Of a DNA stretch of 64,000 bases, positions 51,400 through 60,209 are shown piece after piece. Source of the stretch: Escherichia coli (GTDB lineage Bacteria > Pseudomonadota > Gammaproteobacteria > Enterobacterales > Enterobacteriaceae). The stretch is from NCBI RefSeq assembly GCF_003334335.1, contig NZ_QOWQ01000001.1; one strand, written 5' to 3'. The position numbers were made by a program, and so were the translations under genes. Positions within the stretch are counted from its first letter, which is position 1. Each line of letters begins with the position of its first letter. The notes under the pieces are model-generated. The model made no database searches. It was given only the letters and a program-made list of their open reading frames with translations, and was not told where the DNA came from.

Positions 51400-52785
51400 T
51401 TAGAGCACGGGAGGGACAAACGGTTTGCGTCGCAGGAAACGACCTCGCCCGGCTTTGCCTGTAAAGGTGCCGTCACAGAAAATCGTTTCACCACGGGATA
51501 AGGTTCTGACAATCGCGCCCTGACAGGTAAAACCCTCCCATGGCGAGTAGTCGGCGTTGTCGTGGAGATGGCGATGCTGAATTTGTTGGCTCTGACGTGG
51601 GTCGATAATCACCACGTCGCCGTCGGAACCGGGCGCTAATAATCCTTTTTGCGGCCACAGGCCAAACAACCTGGCGGGCATTGCGCTGGTTAATTCAACA
51701 AAGCGTTCCGGTGTTATACGTCCCGTCATCACGCCACTGGAAAACAGTAACTGCATGCGGTTTTCCACACCGGGTAAGCCATTTGGGCAGCGACTGAAAT
51801 CGCCTTTAGAAATTTGCAGGCGTTGAGCCATCGAGAAGGTGCAGTGATCGGTTGCCACCACGTCAATCGCACCATCGCTGATGCCACACCACAGTTTGTC
51901 CTGCTCGCGTACGTTACGCAGCGGTGGGCTAAGAATGAACTTCATGCCATCTTCTGTATCGTAACTGCGTTCGTCCAACAGGAGATATTGTGGGCAGGTT
52001 TCAACCCAGACTGGCTGGTGATTCGCACGGGCAAGACGCAGATAATCCAGACCTAAGCCGTTAGACAGGTGCACGATATAGAGCGGGGCGTTACCGGCAA
52101 TTTGTGCCAGGTTAATCATGCGGGCGATGGCTTCCGCTTCGCATTCCAGAGGGCGACTCAAGGCATGATAGCGCGGCGCGGTTAACCCTGCGGCGATAAA
52201 TTCCGCCCGCTTGCTGGCGATAGCCGCATCATTTTCCGGGTGCACGGTGGTCAGCGCGCCGGATTCATGCAAGCGGCGTAATGCCTGCAAAACCTCGTCA
52301 TCGTTGAGTTTGTATTGATAGGTTAAATAGAGTTTAAAACTGCTCAGTCCTTCCTCGACCATCATCGGGATTTCGTCGAGGATTGCGTGATTAATGTGCT
52401 GGATCACACCGTGAAAGCTGTAATCGATGACCGCTTTATGGGCGGCATAACCACGATAAACCTCCAGTTGATGGCGTAACCGACAGCCGTTTGGGCCAAA
52501 TCCCATATGGTCAATAATGGTTGTTGTACCGCCACACGCAGCTGCGCGGGTACCGGTAAAAAAATCATCACAACTGCGCGCGATGCCGACATCAATATTG
52601 AAATGCGTATGGACATCCACGCCGCCAGGGAAAACGTAACAGCCAGTGGCATCAATTTCTTCATACGGGAGCTGCGGCGAAATATTGTTGCCCAACTGGC
52701 GAACAATCCCGCTTTCAATCAGCAAATCCTGTTTGGCTTGTCCATCTGCGTTAACGACAGTGCCGTTTTTGATCAATACGCGCAT
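51400..52785 (-). CDS. hyuA: Cyclic amidohydrolase of the hydantoinase/dihydropyrimidinase family (D-phenylhydantoinase, YgeZ)
   Basis: ORF trimmed to ATG 52785 (MRVLIKNGTVVNADGQ...), 461 aa. Metal motif PGGVDVHTHF. Confidence 0.93.
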   Translation of the reverse strand: MRVLIKNGTVVNADGQAKQDLLIESGIVRQLGNNISPQLPYEEIDATGCYVFPGGVDVHTHFNIDVGIARSCDDFFTGTRAAACGGTTTIIDHMGFGPNGCRLRHQLEVYRGYAAHKAVIDYSFHGVIQHINHAILDEIPMMVEEGLSSFKLYLTYQYKLNDDEVLQALRRLHESGALTTVHPENDAAIASKRAEFIAAGLTAPRYHALSRPLECEAEAIARMINLAQIAGNAPLYIVHLSNGLGLDYLRLARANHQPVWVETCPQYLLLDERSYDTEDGMKFILSPPLRNVREQDKLWCGISDGAIDVVATDHCTFSMAQRLQISKGDFSRCPNGLPGVENRMQLLFSSGVMTGRITPERFVELTSAMPARLFGLWPQKGLLAPGSDGDVVIIDPRQSQQIQHRHLHDNADYSPWEGFTCQGAIVRTLSRGETIFCDGTFTGKAGRGRFLRRKPFVPPVL

Positions 52786-52793
52786 AGCAAACT

Positions 52794-52820
52794 CCAAAAA
52801 CCCTCCGGCGAACCGGAGGG
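52794..52820 (-). terminator. Intrinsic-terminator-like hairpin inside the ygeY-hyuA junction
   Basis: The minus strand reads CCCTCCGG-ttcg-CCGGAGGG followed by TTTTTGGAGTTTGCT-ATG. The U-run runs straight into the hyuA SD. Confidence 0.55.
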
Positions 52821-52837
52821 GAATAAGTGAAGAGTAA

Positions 52838-54049
52838 TTACTCTGTTGCCAGCCAGCTTAACGGGATTGCAGCGTACATCGCGGCACAGGTCACCAGGTG
52901 AGATTTCCAGGTTTTTTCGTTAGGTGCATGCGCTTCAGGTTCTTTACCCGGGCCAAAGCCGATCACCGGAATGCCGTGACGGCCCATGATAGATACGCCG
53001 TTAGTTGAGAAGGTCCACTTATCAACAACCGGCGCTTTGCCAAACAGCCCTTCGTAGGCATTCACCAGTGCTTTAACGGTGAAGTGATCTTCTTCCACTT
53101 TCCAGGTCGGGAAGTAGCATTCGGTTGGGTAAACCAGGCCAGTCCAGGACGGACGGTCGTAGTTGTACATAGAAACAACCGCGTTAGCTTTCTGTACTGC
53201 AGGCAGGGCGCGGATTTCGTCCAGCGCGCCTTCCCAGGTTTCGCCCCAGGTCAGACGACGGTCGATTGAAACTGCGCAGCTGTCTGCTACAGCGCAACGG
53301 CTTGGGGATGTGAAGAAGATTTCAGAAACGGTGAGGGTGCCTTTGCCGAGGAATTCGTCATAACCCAGACGTTGGGAGAGTTCTTGTAATTCGCCAAGAA
53401 TCGGACCCATTTTGAAAATGGCGTTATCACCGCGTTCTGGTGCAGAACCGTGGCAGCTAACACCCTGAACATCAATACGAATTTCCATACGACCGCGCTG
53501 ACCACGGTATACCTGGCAGTCGGTTGGTTCGGTACTGACCACAAATTCCGGGCGAATGCCGGATTGTTCAATAATGTACTGCCAGCACAGACCGTCGCAG
53601 TCTTCTTCCTGCACCGTACCGGTAACCAGCAGGGTATATTCATCTTCCAGACCGAGGTCTTTAATGATTTTACCGGCATAAACCATAGAGGCCATGCCAC
53701 CTTCCTGGTCGGAAGTACCGCGACCACCAATCAGTTCATCAGTTTCCATGCCTTCGTACGGATCGAAGTCCCAGTTTTTGATGTTGCCAATGCCGACGGT
53801 ATCGATATGAGCGTCCATTGCCACCAGACGCGGGCCGTGGCCGATATAACCGAGAACGTTGCCCATCGGGTCGATTTCAACTTTATCGAAGCCGACTTTT
53901 TCCATCTCTTCTTTAATACGATGTACTACGCGTTTCTCGTCGCAGCTTTCACTGGGAATAGCAACCATGTCGCGCAGGAAGCGAGTCATATCCGCCTGGT
54001 AATCTTTTGCTTTTTCAAGAATCAGTTTGAATGGAATATTCTTAGCCAT
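52838..54049 (-). CDS. ygeY: M20-family metallo-peptidase/deacylase (N-carbamoyl- or N-acyl-amino-acid amidohydrolase-like)
   Basis: 403-aa ORF with MDAHIDTVG and [10 protein letters not shown] metal/catalytic motifs. Confidence 0.9.
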
Positions 54050-54106
54050 TATTTTTCTCCAGATTTTTTACTCCCCGTTTTGCAGGGAGCAGTTCCAATA
54101 GGGTGA

Positions 54107-55303
54107 TTAAGGTGCTACAGCGTGTTTGCCTTCCCAGACAACTTCGCGGTAGTGCTTCACGTCGGTGTCGCCTTCAGTGCTGATAACCAGCACCACGGCA
54201 TCTTTGTTCAGCGCCAGTTTTTCCATCAGGCTTTGACGTTGCGGGTGATAATGAACCGCTGCGAGAACGCCCAAACCGACAGCGCCGGATTCACCGGAGA
54301 TGATGCGCGGGTCGTTGCCGTACGGATTACCCAGCACGCGCATACCTAATGCGGCAACGCTGTCCTGGCAGGAGATGAATTGGGTGGCGCAGTTACGTAG
54401 GATTTCCCAGCCCAGCGGGTTAGGTTCGCCACAGGCCAGGCCTGCCATGATGGTGGCCATATCACCGCCAACGTTGACGATGTCGCCTTTGACGCCGGAG
54501 CGATAAATACAGTCAGCTTTGTCAGGTTCAACAATAATGCTGTGCAGATTTTGCGGGCTATAGACGTCGACCAGATAACCCAGCACACCACCGGCCATTG
54601 CTCCGACACCGGCTTGCAGCAGAACGTGCGTCGGGGTTACGCCCATTTCACGCATTTGCTCGACGGCTTCATCTGCCAGGGTTGCGTAGCCTTGCATGAT
54701 CCAGGTTGGGATTTTGGTGTAACCTTCCCATGCCGTGTCCTGTACCACTTCCCAGCCGTGCTGCTGCGCGTGTTGCATGGTCAGGCGAACGGTATCGTCA
54801 TAGTTCATATCCGTGACGATGCACTCGGCACCGAGGTTCAGAATGGCGTCAACGCGTTCCTGAGCAGAACCTTTCGGCATGTAAATCACCGCATTCTGTC
54901 CGAGTTGCTGTGCTGCCCACGCCACACCGCGCCCGTGGTTGCCGTCGGTGGTGGTCGCGAAAGTCATTTTTTCGCCGATGGCATTTTTCAGGTGCTCAAA
55001 TGACAGCGTTTCGATATCAAGATGATATTTTTCACACAATAATTGAGCGATGGCGTACGCACCGCCAAGCATTTTGAAGGCGTTCAGACCGAATCGTTTT
55101 GATTCGTCTTTGACGAGAATTTTCTTCACACCAAAAAGGTTTGCGAGATCGTCCAGCGCACAAAGCGGTGTTGGGCGATAACCAGCTATTTTCTGGTGGA
55201 ACTGGCGCGCCAGTTTGGCCTGGCTTTGCGAAAAGAGCGGTGATGTTTCGCCGTTGAAAAATTTGTTATCGGCGATATCAATCTTCAATGAGAAAACGGA
55301 CAT
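54107..55303 (-). CDS. dpaL: 2,3-diaminopropionate ammonia-lyase (PLP)
   Basis: 398-aa ORF with PLP lysine context FGLNAFKMLGG. Confidence 0.93.
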   Translation of the reverse strand: MSVFSLKIDIADNKFFNGETSPLFSQSQAKLARQFHQKIAGYRPTPLCALDDLANLFGVKKILVKDESKRFGLNAFKMLGGAYAIAQLLCEKYHLDIETLSFEHLKNAIGEKMTFATTTDGNHGRGVAWAAQQLGQNAVIYMPKGSAQERVDAILNLGAECIVTDMNYDDTVRLTMQHAQQHGWEVVQDTAWEGYTKIPTWIMQGYATLADEAVEQMREMGVTPTHVLLQAGVGAMAGGVLGYLVDVYSPQNLHSIIVEPDKADCIYRSGVKGDIVNVGGDMATIMAGLACGEPNPLGWEILRNCATQFISCQDSVAALGMRVLGNPYGNDPRIISGESGAVGLGVLAAVHYHPQRQSLMEKLALNKDAVVLVISTEGDTDVKHYREVVWEGKHAVAP

Positions 55304-55360
55304 ATCCTATCCTTTTGGCCTCTGGAAATAGAGGGCCGACCAGCTGATCGGCCCGAGGGG

Positions 55361-56551
55361 TTATTTCACGCGTTCTTGCGCTTCTTTCAGCAGTTGCTCG
55401 AGCAGTGCACCTGGTTTGGCGTATTTACGGGACAGGATCATCGCGGCGATGATATAAGGCTTCCAGCTGGCTTCTTTGTAGGTAGCGATACGGTATTTTT
55501 CGAATACGCCTTCAGTCACTTCACCTTCTTTACAGGATACGCCGCTGATATCAGCTGGCAGGCAGTGCATGTACAGGGCTTCGCCATCACGGGTCAGTTC
55601 CATCATCTCTTCAGTACAATGCCAGTCTTTGTGTTGCGCGTTCTGTGCCAGACACTGTTTTTCCAGTGCTTTTAAGCCTTCGTGATCGTTCGCACGCAGC
55701 AATTCAGTACGCTCTTCCATCACTTTGTAAGGTGCCCATGACTTCGGATAAACGATGTCTGCGTCTTTGAAGGCTTCTTCCATGCTGGTGACCTGACGGA
55801 AGCTACCACCGGAGGCTTTAGCATTGTTTTTCGCCACTTCAACCACATCCGGGATCAGGTCGTAGCCTTCCGGATGGGCCAGGGTGACATCCATACCGAA
55901 GCGAGTCATCAGACCGATGATGCCTTGTGGTACAGAGAGCGGTTTGCCATAGCTTGGAGAGTAGGCCCAGGTCATGGCGATTTTTTTACCTTTCAGGTTT
56001 TCCAGTGAACCAAAGTGTTCACGTAACCACGCGAGGTCAGCCATTGACTGAGTCGGGTGGTCAATATCGCATTGCAGGTTCACTAAAGCCGGACGCTGTG
56101 GCAGTACACCCTGCTTGTAACCGTCATCAAGTGCAGCGCCAACTTCACGCATATAGGCGTTGCCTGCGCCCAGATACATATCGTCGCGAATACCAATAGC
56201 GTCGGCGCAGAAGGAGATCATATTGGCGGTTTCACGCACGGTTTCGCCGTGAGCGATTTGTGATTTGCCTTCGTCGAGATCTTGTTGTGCAAGGCCGAGC
56301 AGGTTAAGCGCGGAAGCATAAGAGAAGCGGGTACGGGTGGAGTTGTCGCGGAATACGGAAATACCTAATCCACTATTAAAGACTTTGGTTGAGATGTTTT
56401 CAGCACGCAGTGCTTTTAATGCTGCGGCAACGTCCAGTACTTGTTTCAGTTCATCTGGCGTCTGTTCCCACGTTAACAAAAAATCTTTCTCGTGAAGGTG
56501 AGAGGTCAGCGAATTGATATCCTTAATCAGCTCATTAACAGTTTTCATCAT
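55361..56551 (-). CDS. ygeW: Transcarbamylase-family protein whose physiological substrate I cannot assign
   Basis: 396-aa ORF with carbamoyl-phosphate motifs STRTR (NSTRTRFS), HPTQ (IDHPTQSMADL) and HCLP (MHCLPA). Confidence 0.92.
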   Translation of the reverse strand: MMKTVNELIKDINSLTSHLHEKDFLLTWEQTPDELKQVLDVAAALKALRAENISTKVFNSGLGISVFRDNSTRTRFSYASALNLLGLAQQDLDEGKSQIAHGETVRETANMISFCADAIGIRDDMYLGAGNAYMREVGAALDDGYKQGVLPQRPALVNLQCDIDHPTQSMADLAWLREHFGSLENLKGKKIAMTWAYSPSYGKPLSVPQGIIGLMTRFGMDVTLAHPEGYDLIPDVVEVAKNNAKASGGSFRQVTSMEEAFKDADIVYPKSWAPYKVMEERTELLRANDHEGLKALEKQCLAQNAQHKDWHCTEEMMELTRDGEALYMHCLPADISGVSCKEGEVTEGVFEKYRIATYKEASWKPYIIAAMILSRKYAKPGALLEQLLKEAQERVK

Positions 56552-56641
56552 AAAGTCCCGGTAGTGGAATGACAGGCAAAGTGGTTTATTTCACTGTGAC
56601 TTGCCAAAGTGATTGGTGTTTTCACAGCTATACCTGGGACT

Positions 56642-56657
56642 AACAATAAGTGTGCCA
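56642..56657 (-). promoter_or_regulatory. Candidate sigma54 (-24/-12) promoter reading into ygeW-dpaL-ygeY-hyuA-yqeA
   Basis: The minus strand reads CTGGCAC-ACTTA-TTGTT. The -24 element is perfect and spacing is exact, but the -12 element is GT instead of GC. The -12 element is about 95 nt upstream of the ygeW ATG. Confidence 0.4.
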
Positions 56658-56700
56658 GAATTATCCGCGCGGCTGCAAAAGACTAATTTGACGGATAATG

Positions 56701-56716
56701 TGTGGGGTTGATCACA
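56701..56716. promoter_or_regulatory. CRP-like palindrome TGTGG-N6-TCACA upstream of the ygeW promoter candidate
   Basis: TGTGGGGTTGATCACA was read directly; 9/10 half-site positions match. Confidence 0.4.
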
Positions 56717-56748
56717 AATTGATGCCAGCTTCTGGTTGTTTGTAAAAT

Positions 56749-56764
56749 ACGAAAACGTTTGGCT
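56749..56764. promoter_or_regulatory. PurR-box-like palindrome in the ygeW/ygeV divergent region
   Basis: ACGAAAACGTTTGGCT matches ACGCAAACGTTTGCGT at 13/16; the core AAACGTTT is intact. Confidence 0.4.
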
Positions 56765-56859
56765 TTTTTTATCGCGTTATTTATTTGCTGCTAAGTATCA
56801 GAAATAAGATAAAGGGGCAGGCTATCTCTCTTCAGTTTGATAAACTCACCGCCGTAATT

Positions 56860-56871
56860 CTCATATTGATA
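56860..56871 (+). promoter_or_regulatory. Conserved 12-mer box CTCATATTGATA, copy 2 of 3
   Basis: Exact match to 31642-31653 and 62677-62688. It is followed by a TGATAT...TGATATC direct repeat. Confidence 0.4.
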
Positions 56872-57026
56872 TAGAAATGTGATATCTCTTCCATAATTTC
56901 ATTAGAAAATGATAAAAATCTTATGTTTTTATCAAAGCCAATTTCGCCTGAGTTAATATCATCATGATCTGTGAACCATCAACGTCTTCAATGATCGACT
57001 TTTAAGTAAGTCTGGAAGGTAAAGCT

Positions 57027-58805
57027 ATGGAGCTTGCTACTACGCAGTCAGTATTGATGCAAATTCAACCGACAATTCAGCGTTTTGCCAGAATGCTTGC
57101 CAGCGTTTTGCAGCTTGAGGTTGAGATCGTTGATGAAAACTTGTGTCGCGTTGCCGGAACGGGCGCGTATGGGAAGTTTCTTGGTCGCCAGTTGAGCGGC
57201 AACTCACGCCTGCTCCGCCACGTCCTGGAAACGAAAACTGAAAAAGTTGTGACACAGTCTCGCTTCGATCCCCTTTGCGAAGGTTGCGATAGTAAAGAAA
57301 ATTGCCGCGAAAAAGCATTTCTGGGTACGCCTGTCATTTTACAGGATCGTTGTGTTGGGGTGATAAGTTTGATTGCCGTTACCCACGAGCAACAAGAGCA
57401 TATCAGTGATAATTTACGCGAATTTTCTGATTATGTTCGCCATATATCCACCATTTTTGTTTCGAAACTTCTGGAGGATCAGGGGCCAGGAGATAACATC
57501 AGTAAAATATTTGCGACCATGATCGATAATATGGATCAGGGCGTATTAGTTGTAGATGATGAAAATCGGGTTCAGTTTGTTAATCAGACTGCCTTAAAAA
57601 CACTTGGTGTTGTGCAAAATAATATTATTGGGAAACCTATCCGTTTCAGACCATTAACATTTGAGAGTAATTTTACCCATGGACATATGCAGCATATTGT
57701 TTCATGGGACGATAAAAGTGAATTAATCATTGGTCAATTGCATAACATTCAGGGCCGACAATTATTTTTAATGGCGTTTCACCAATCGCATACCAGTTTT
57801 TCTGTAGCAAATGCACCTGATGAACCGCATATTGAACAATTGGTTGGCGAGTGCCGTGTTATGCGGCAATTAAAACGACTCATTAGCCGTATTGCACCCA
57901 GCCCATCCAGCGTTATGGTGGTTGGTGAAAGCGGCACGGGTAAAGAAGTCGTCGCCCGTGCAATCCATAAGTTGAGCGGAAGACGGAATAAACCCTTTAT
58001 TGCTATCAACTGTGCCGCGATTCCGGAGCAGCTTCTGGAGAGCGAACTGTTCGGTTATGTTAAAGGTGCATTTACTGGCGCTTCTGCCAACGGTAAAACA
58101 GGGTTGATTCAGGCGGCGAATACGGGCACGCTGTTTCTCGATGAAATAGGTGATATGCCATTAATGTTGCAGGCTAAATTACTGCGCGCTATTGAGGCAC
58201 GTGAAATTCTGCCGATTGGTGCCAGTAGCCCAATACAAGTCGACATTCGCATCATTTCTGCAACTAATCAGAATTTGGCCCAGTTCATTGCCGAAGGTAA
58301 ATTCCGCGAAGATCTCTTCTACCGACTTAATGTTATCCCGATAACTCTGCCACCGCTGCGTGAACGTCAGGAAGATATTGAACTATTGGTGCATTACTTT
58401 TTACATCTGCATACCCGTCGTCTGGGATCGGTTTATCCTGGCATTGCTCCCGATGTCGTCGAAATATTGCGTAAGCATCGTTGGCCCGGAAACCTGCGCG
58501 AGTTAAGCAATTTGATGGAATATCTGGTTAACGTGGTTCCTTCAGGTGAAGTTATCGACAGCACGCTATTGCCGCCAAATCTGCTGAATAATGGCACAAC
58601 GGAGCAAAGTGATGTAACAGAGGTCAGTGAGGCGCACCTGTCACTCGATGATGCGGGCGGCACGGCGCTGGAGGAGATGGAAAAGCAAATGATCCGCGAG
58701 GCGCTTTCACGTCATAACAGCAAGAAGCAAGTTGCTGATGAACTGGGCATCGGCATTGCTACGCTCTATCGCAAGATTAAGAAATATGAGTTGTTAAACA
58801 CATAA
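57027..58805 (+). CDS. ygeV: Sigma54-dependent transcriptional activator (bacterial enhancer-binding protein)
   Basis: 592-aa ORF with Walker A GESGTGKE, sigma54-contact loop GAFTGA, Fis-type HTH VADELGIGIATLYRKIKKY and an N-terminal sensor + PAS-like region. Confidence 0.95.
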   Translation: MELATTQSVLMQIQPTIQRFARMLASVLQLEVEIVDENLCRVAGTGAYGKFLGRQLSGNSRLLRHVLETKTEKVVTQSRFDPLCEGCDSKENCREKAFLGTPVILQDRCVGVISLIAVTHEQQEHISDNLREFSDYVRHISTIFVSKLLEDQGPGDNISKIFATMIDNMDQGVLVVDDENRVQFVNQTALKTLGVVQNNIIGKPIRFRPLTFESNFTHGHMQHIVSWDDKSELIIGQLHNIQGRQLFLMAFHQSHTSFSVANAPDEPHIEQLVGECRVMRQLKRLISRIAPSPSSVMVVGESGTGKEVVARAIHKLSGRRNKPFIAINCAAIPEQLLESELFGYVKGAFTGASANGKTGLIQAANTGTLFLDEIGDMPLMLQAKLLRAIEAREILPIGASSPIQVDIRIISATNQNLAQFIAEGKFREDLFYRLNVIPITLPPLRERQEDIELLVHYFLHLHTRRLGSVYPGIAPDVVEILRKHRWPGNLRELSNLMEYLVNVVPSGEVIDSTLLPPNLLNNGTTEQSDVTEVSEAHLSLDDAGGTALEEMEKQMIREALSRHNSKKQVADELGIGIATLYRKIKKYELLNT

Positions 58806-58814
58806 CCTCAGTGA

Positions 58815-58838
58815 ATCCGGCCTGAATTCAGGCCGGAT
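58815..58838. terminator. Perfect 24-nt palindrome between convergent ygeV and xdhC
   Basis: ATCCGGCCTGAA|TTCAGGCCGGAT followed by ATCCTTTTA. Confidence 0.7.
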
Positions 58839-58844
58839 ATCCTT

Positions 58845-59324
58845 TTACTTCGTTTTCTCGCAATCCAGAACTGTATTTACAATCATCTGATACCCCGTGC
58901 AGCGACAAAGATTTCCCGCCAGTCCGCGACGAATTTCCGTAATGGTTAATGGCTTCTCGCGTGGTTTCGCCAGCATTGCCGTGGTAGCCATAATCAGGCC
59001 AGGCGTACAAAACCCGCACTGCACTGCGCCGGATTTCGCATAAGCCTGCTGAACATGAGAAAGTTTTCCGCCTTTCGCTTCACCTTCCAGCGTGCGGATC
59101 TCTTTTCCTTCAGCCCAGGCGGCAAGGTATAAGCAACTGTCTATTGCTGTGCCGTCGACCAACACCGTACAGGCACCACATTCACCCACGCAGCACCCTT
59201 GTTTGACACTTAGCAGTCCTTGTTCGCGGAGTAATTCCGAGAGCGGCGTGCCTGGTGCGGCGTGAAGCTGAAAAGGCATCCCGTTAATGGTGCATTCGAT
59301 GGTAATTGTTTCGCTGTGATTCAT
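58845..59324 (-). CDS. xdhC: Xanthine dehydrogenase [2Fe-2S] subunit
   Basis: 159-aa ORF with both cluster motifs CCVGECGAC...C and CGFCTPG...CRCTGY. Confidence 0.95.
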
Positions 59325-60199
59325 TGCAATTTTCCCCCCGCCGCGGCGACGGCTTCGCTAATCACTTTTTTGGTCATCGTCTGGATGAGATGCAGACGAA
59401 ACTCTTTACTGGCCCGCCATGAAGAACGCGGGGCGACATCTTGCAGGACAGATTCGCTGATAGCTTCCAGCGTTTGCAGGTTTAATGGCGCATTTTGTGC
59501 AGTCTGTTCGGCATGTTGGCAGCGAATCGGCGTTGGCGCGGCAACACCAAATGCCAGGCGTAATTCGCTGAAATTGCCGTTATCCAGTCGGCAATGTGCG
59601 GCGCAGCCAATCGTTGAAATATCCATTGCGTCGCGCATGGCATATTTAAAATGCGCGCTGCCCGCGTGTTCTTTCGGCTGTGGCGGAAAATGAAAGGCGA
59701 CGAGGATTTCGTCATGCTCAAGAGACACTTTGCCCGGCCCGGTGTGAAAGCCATTAATCGGGACGAAACGAACACCGCGCGGGGAGTGGATCTCCAGTTT
59801 CGCGTCATAAATTAGCGTTGGCGTGGCAGAATCTGCGCTGGTGGCACCGTTGCAAATATTTCCACCGTAGGTAGCGACGTTACGGATCTGCGGTCCAGCA
59901 ATGGACGTGGCCGCAGCACATAACGCCGGGAGATGACGTTGAGTTATAGGATCTTCTATTAGCTGGGTAAATGTCGTTGCAGAGCCGATACGTAGCGAGC
60001 CATCTTCCGCCAGCGTAATTCCCCGCAGCTCCGCCAGATTATGAATATCAACAATATGGCGATAACGGTCATTGTGATGGTGGAGCTGAATCAGTACGTC
60101 AGTGCCACCGGCGAGCAGTTTGGCCTGCGGGTTGTCAGCCAGCAGGTTGATGGCATCGGCAAGGGTTGCTGCGCGATGGTAAGAAGCAAAATCAAACAT
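59321..60199 (-). CDS. xdhB: Xanthine dehydrogenase FAD-binding subunit
   Basis: 292-aa ORF with LLAGGTDVL; 4-nt overlap with xdhC. Confidence 0.95.
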
Positions 60200-60209
60200 G
60201 ATGTTATCC

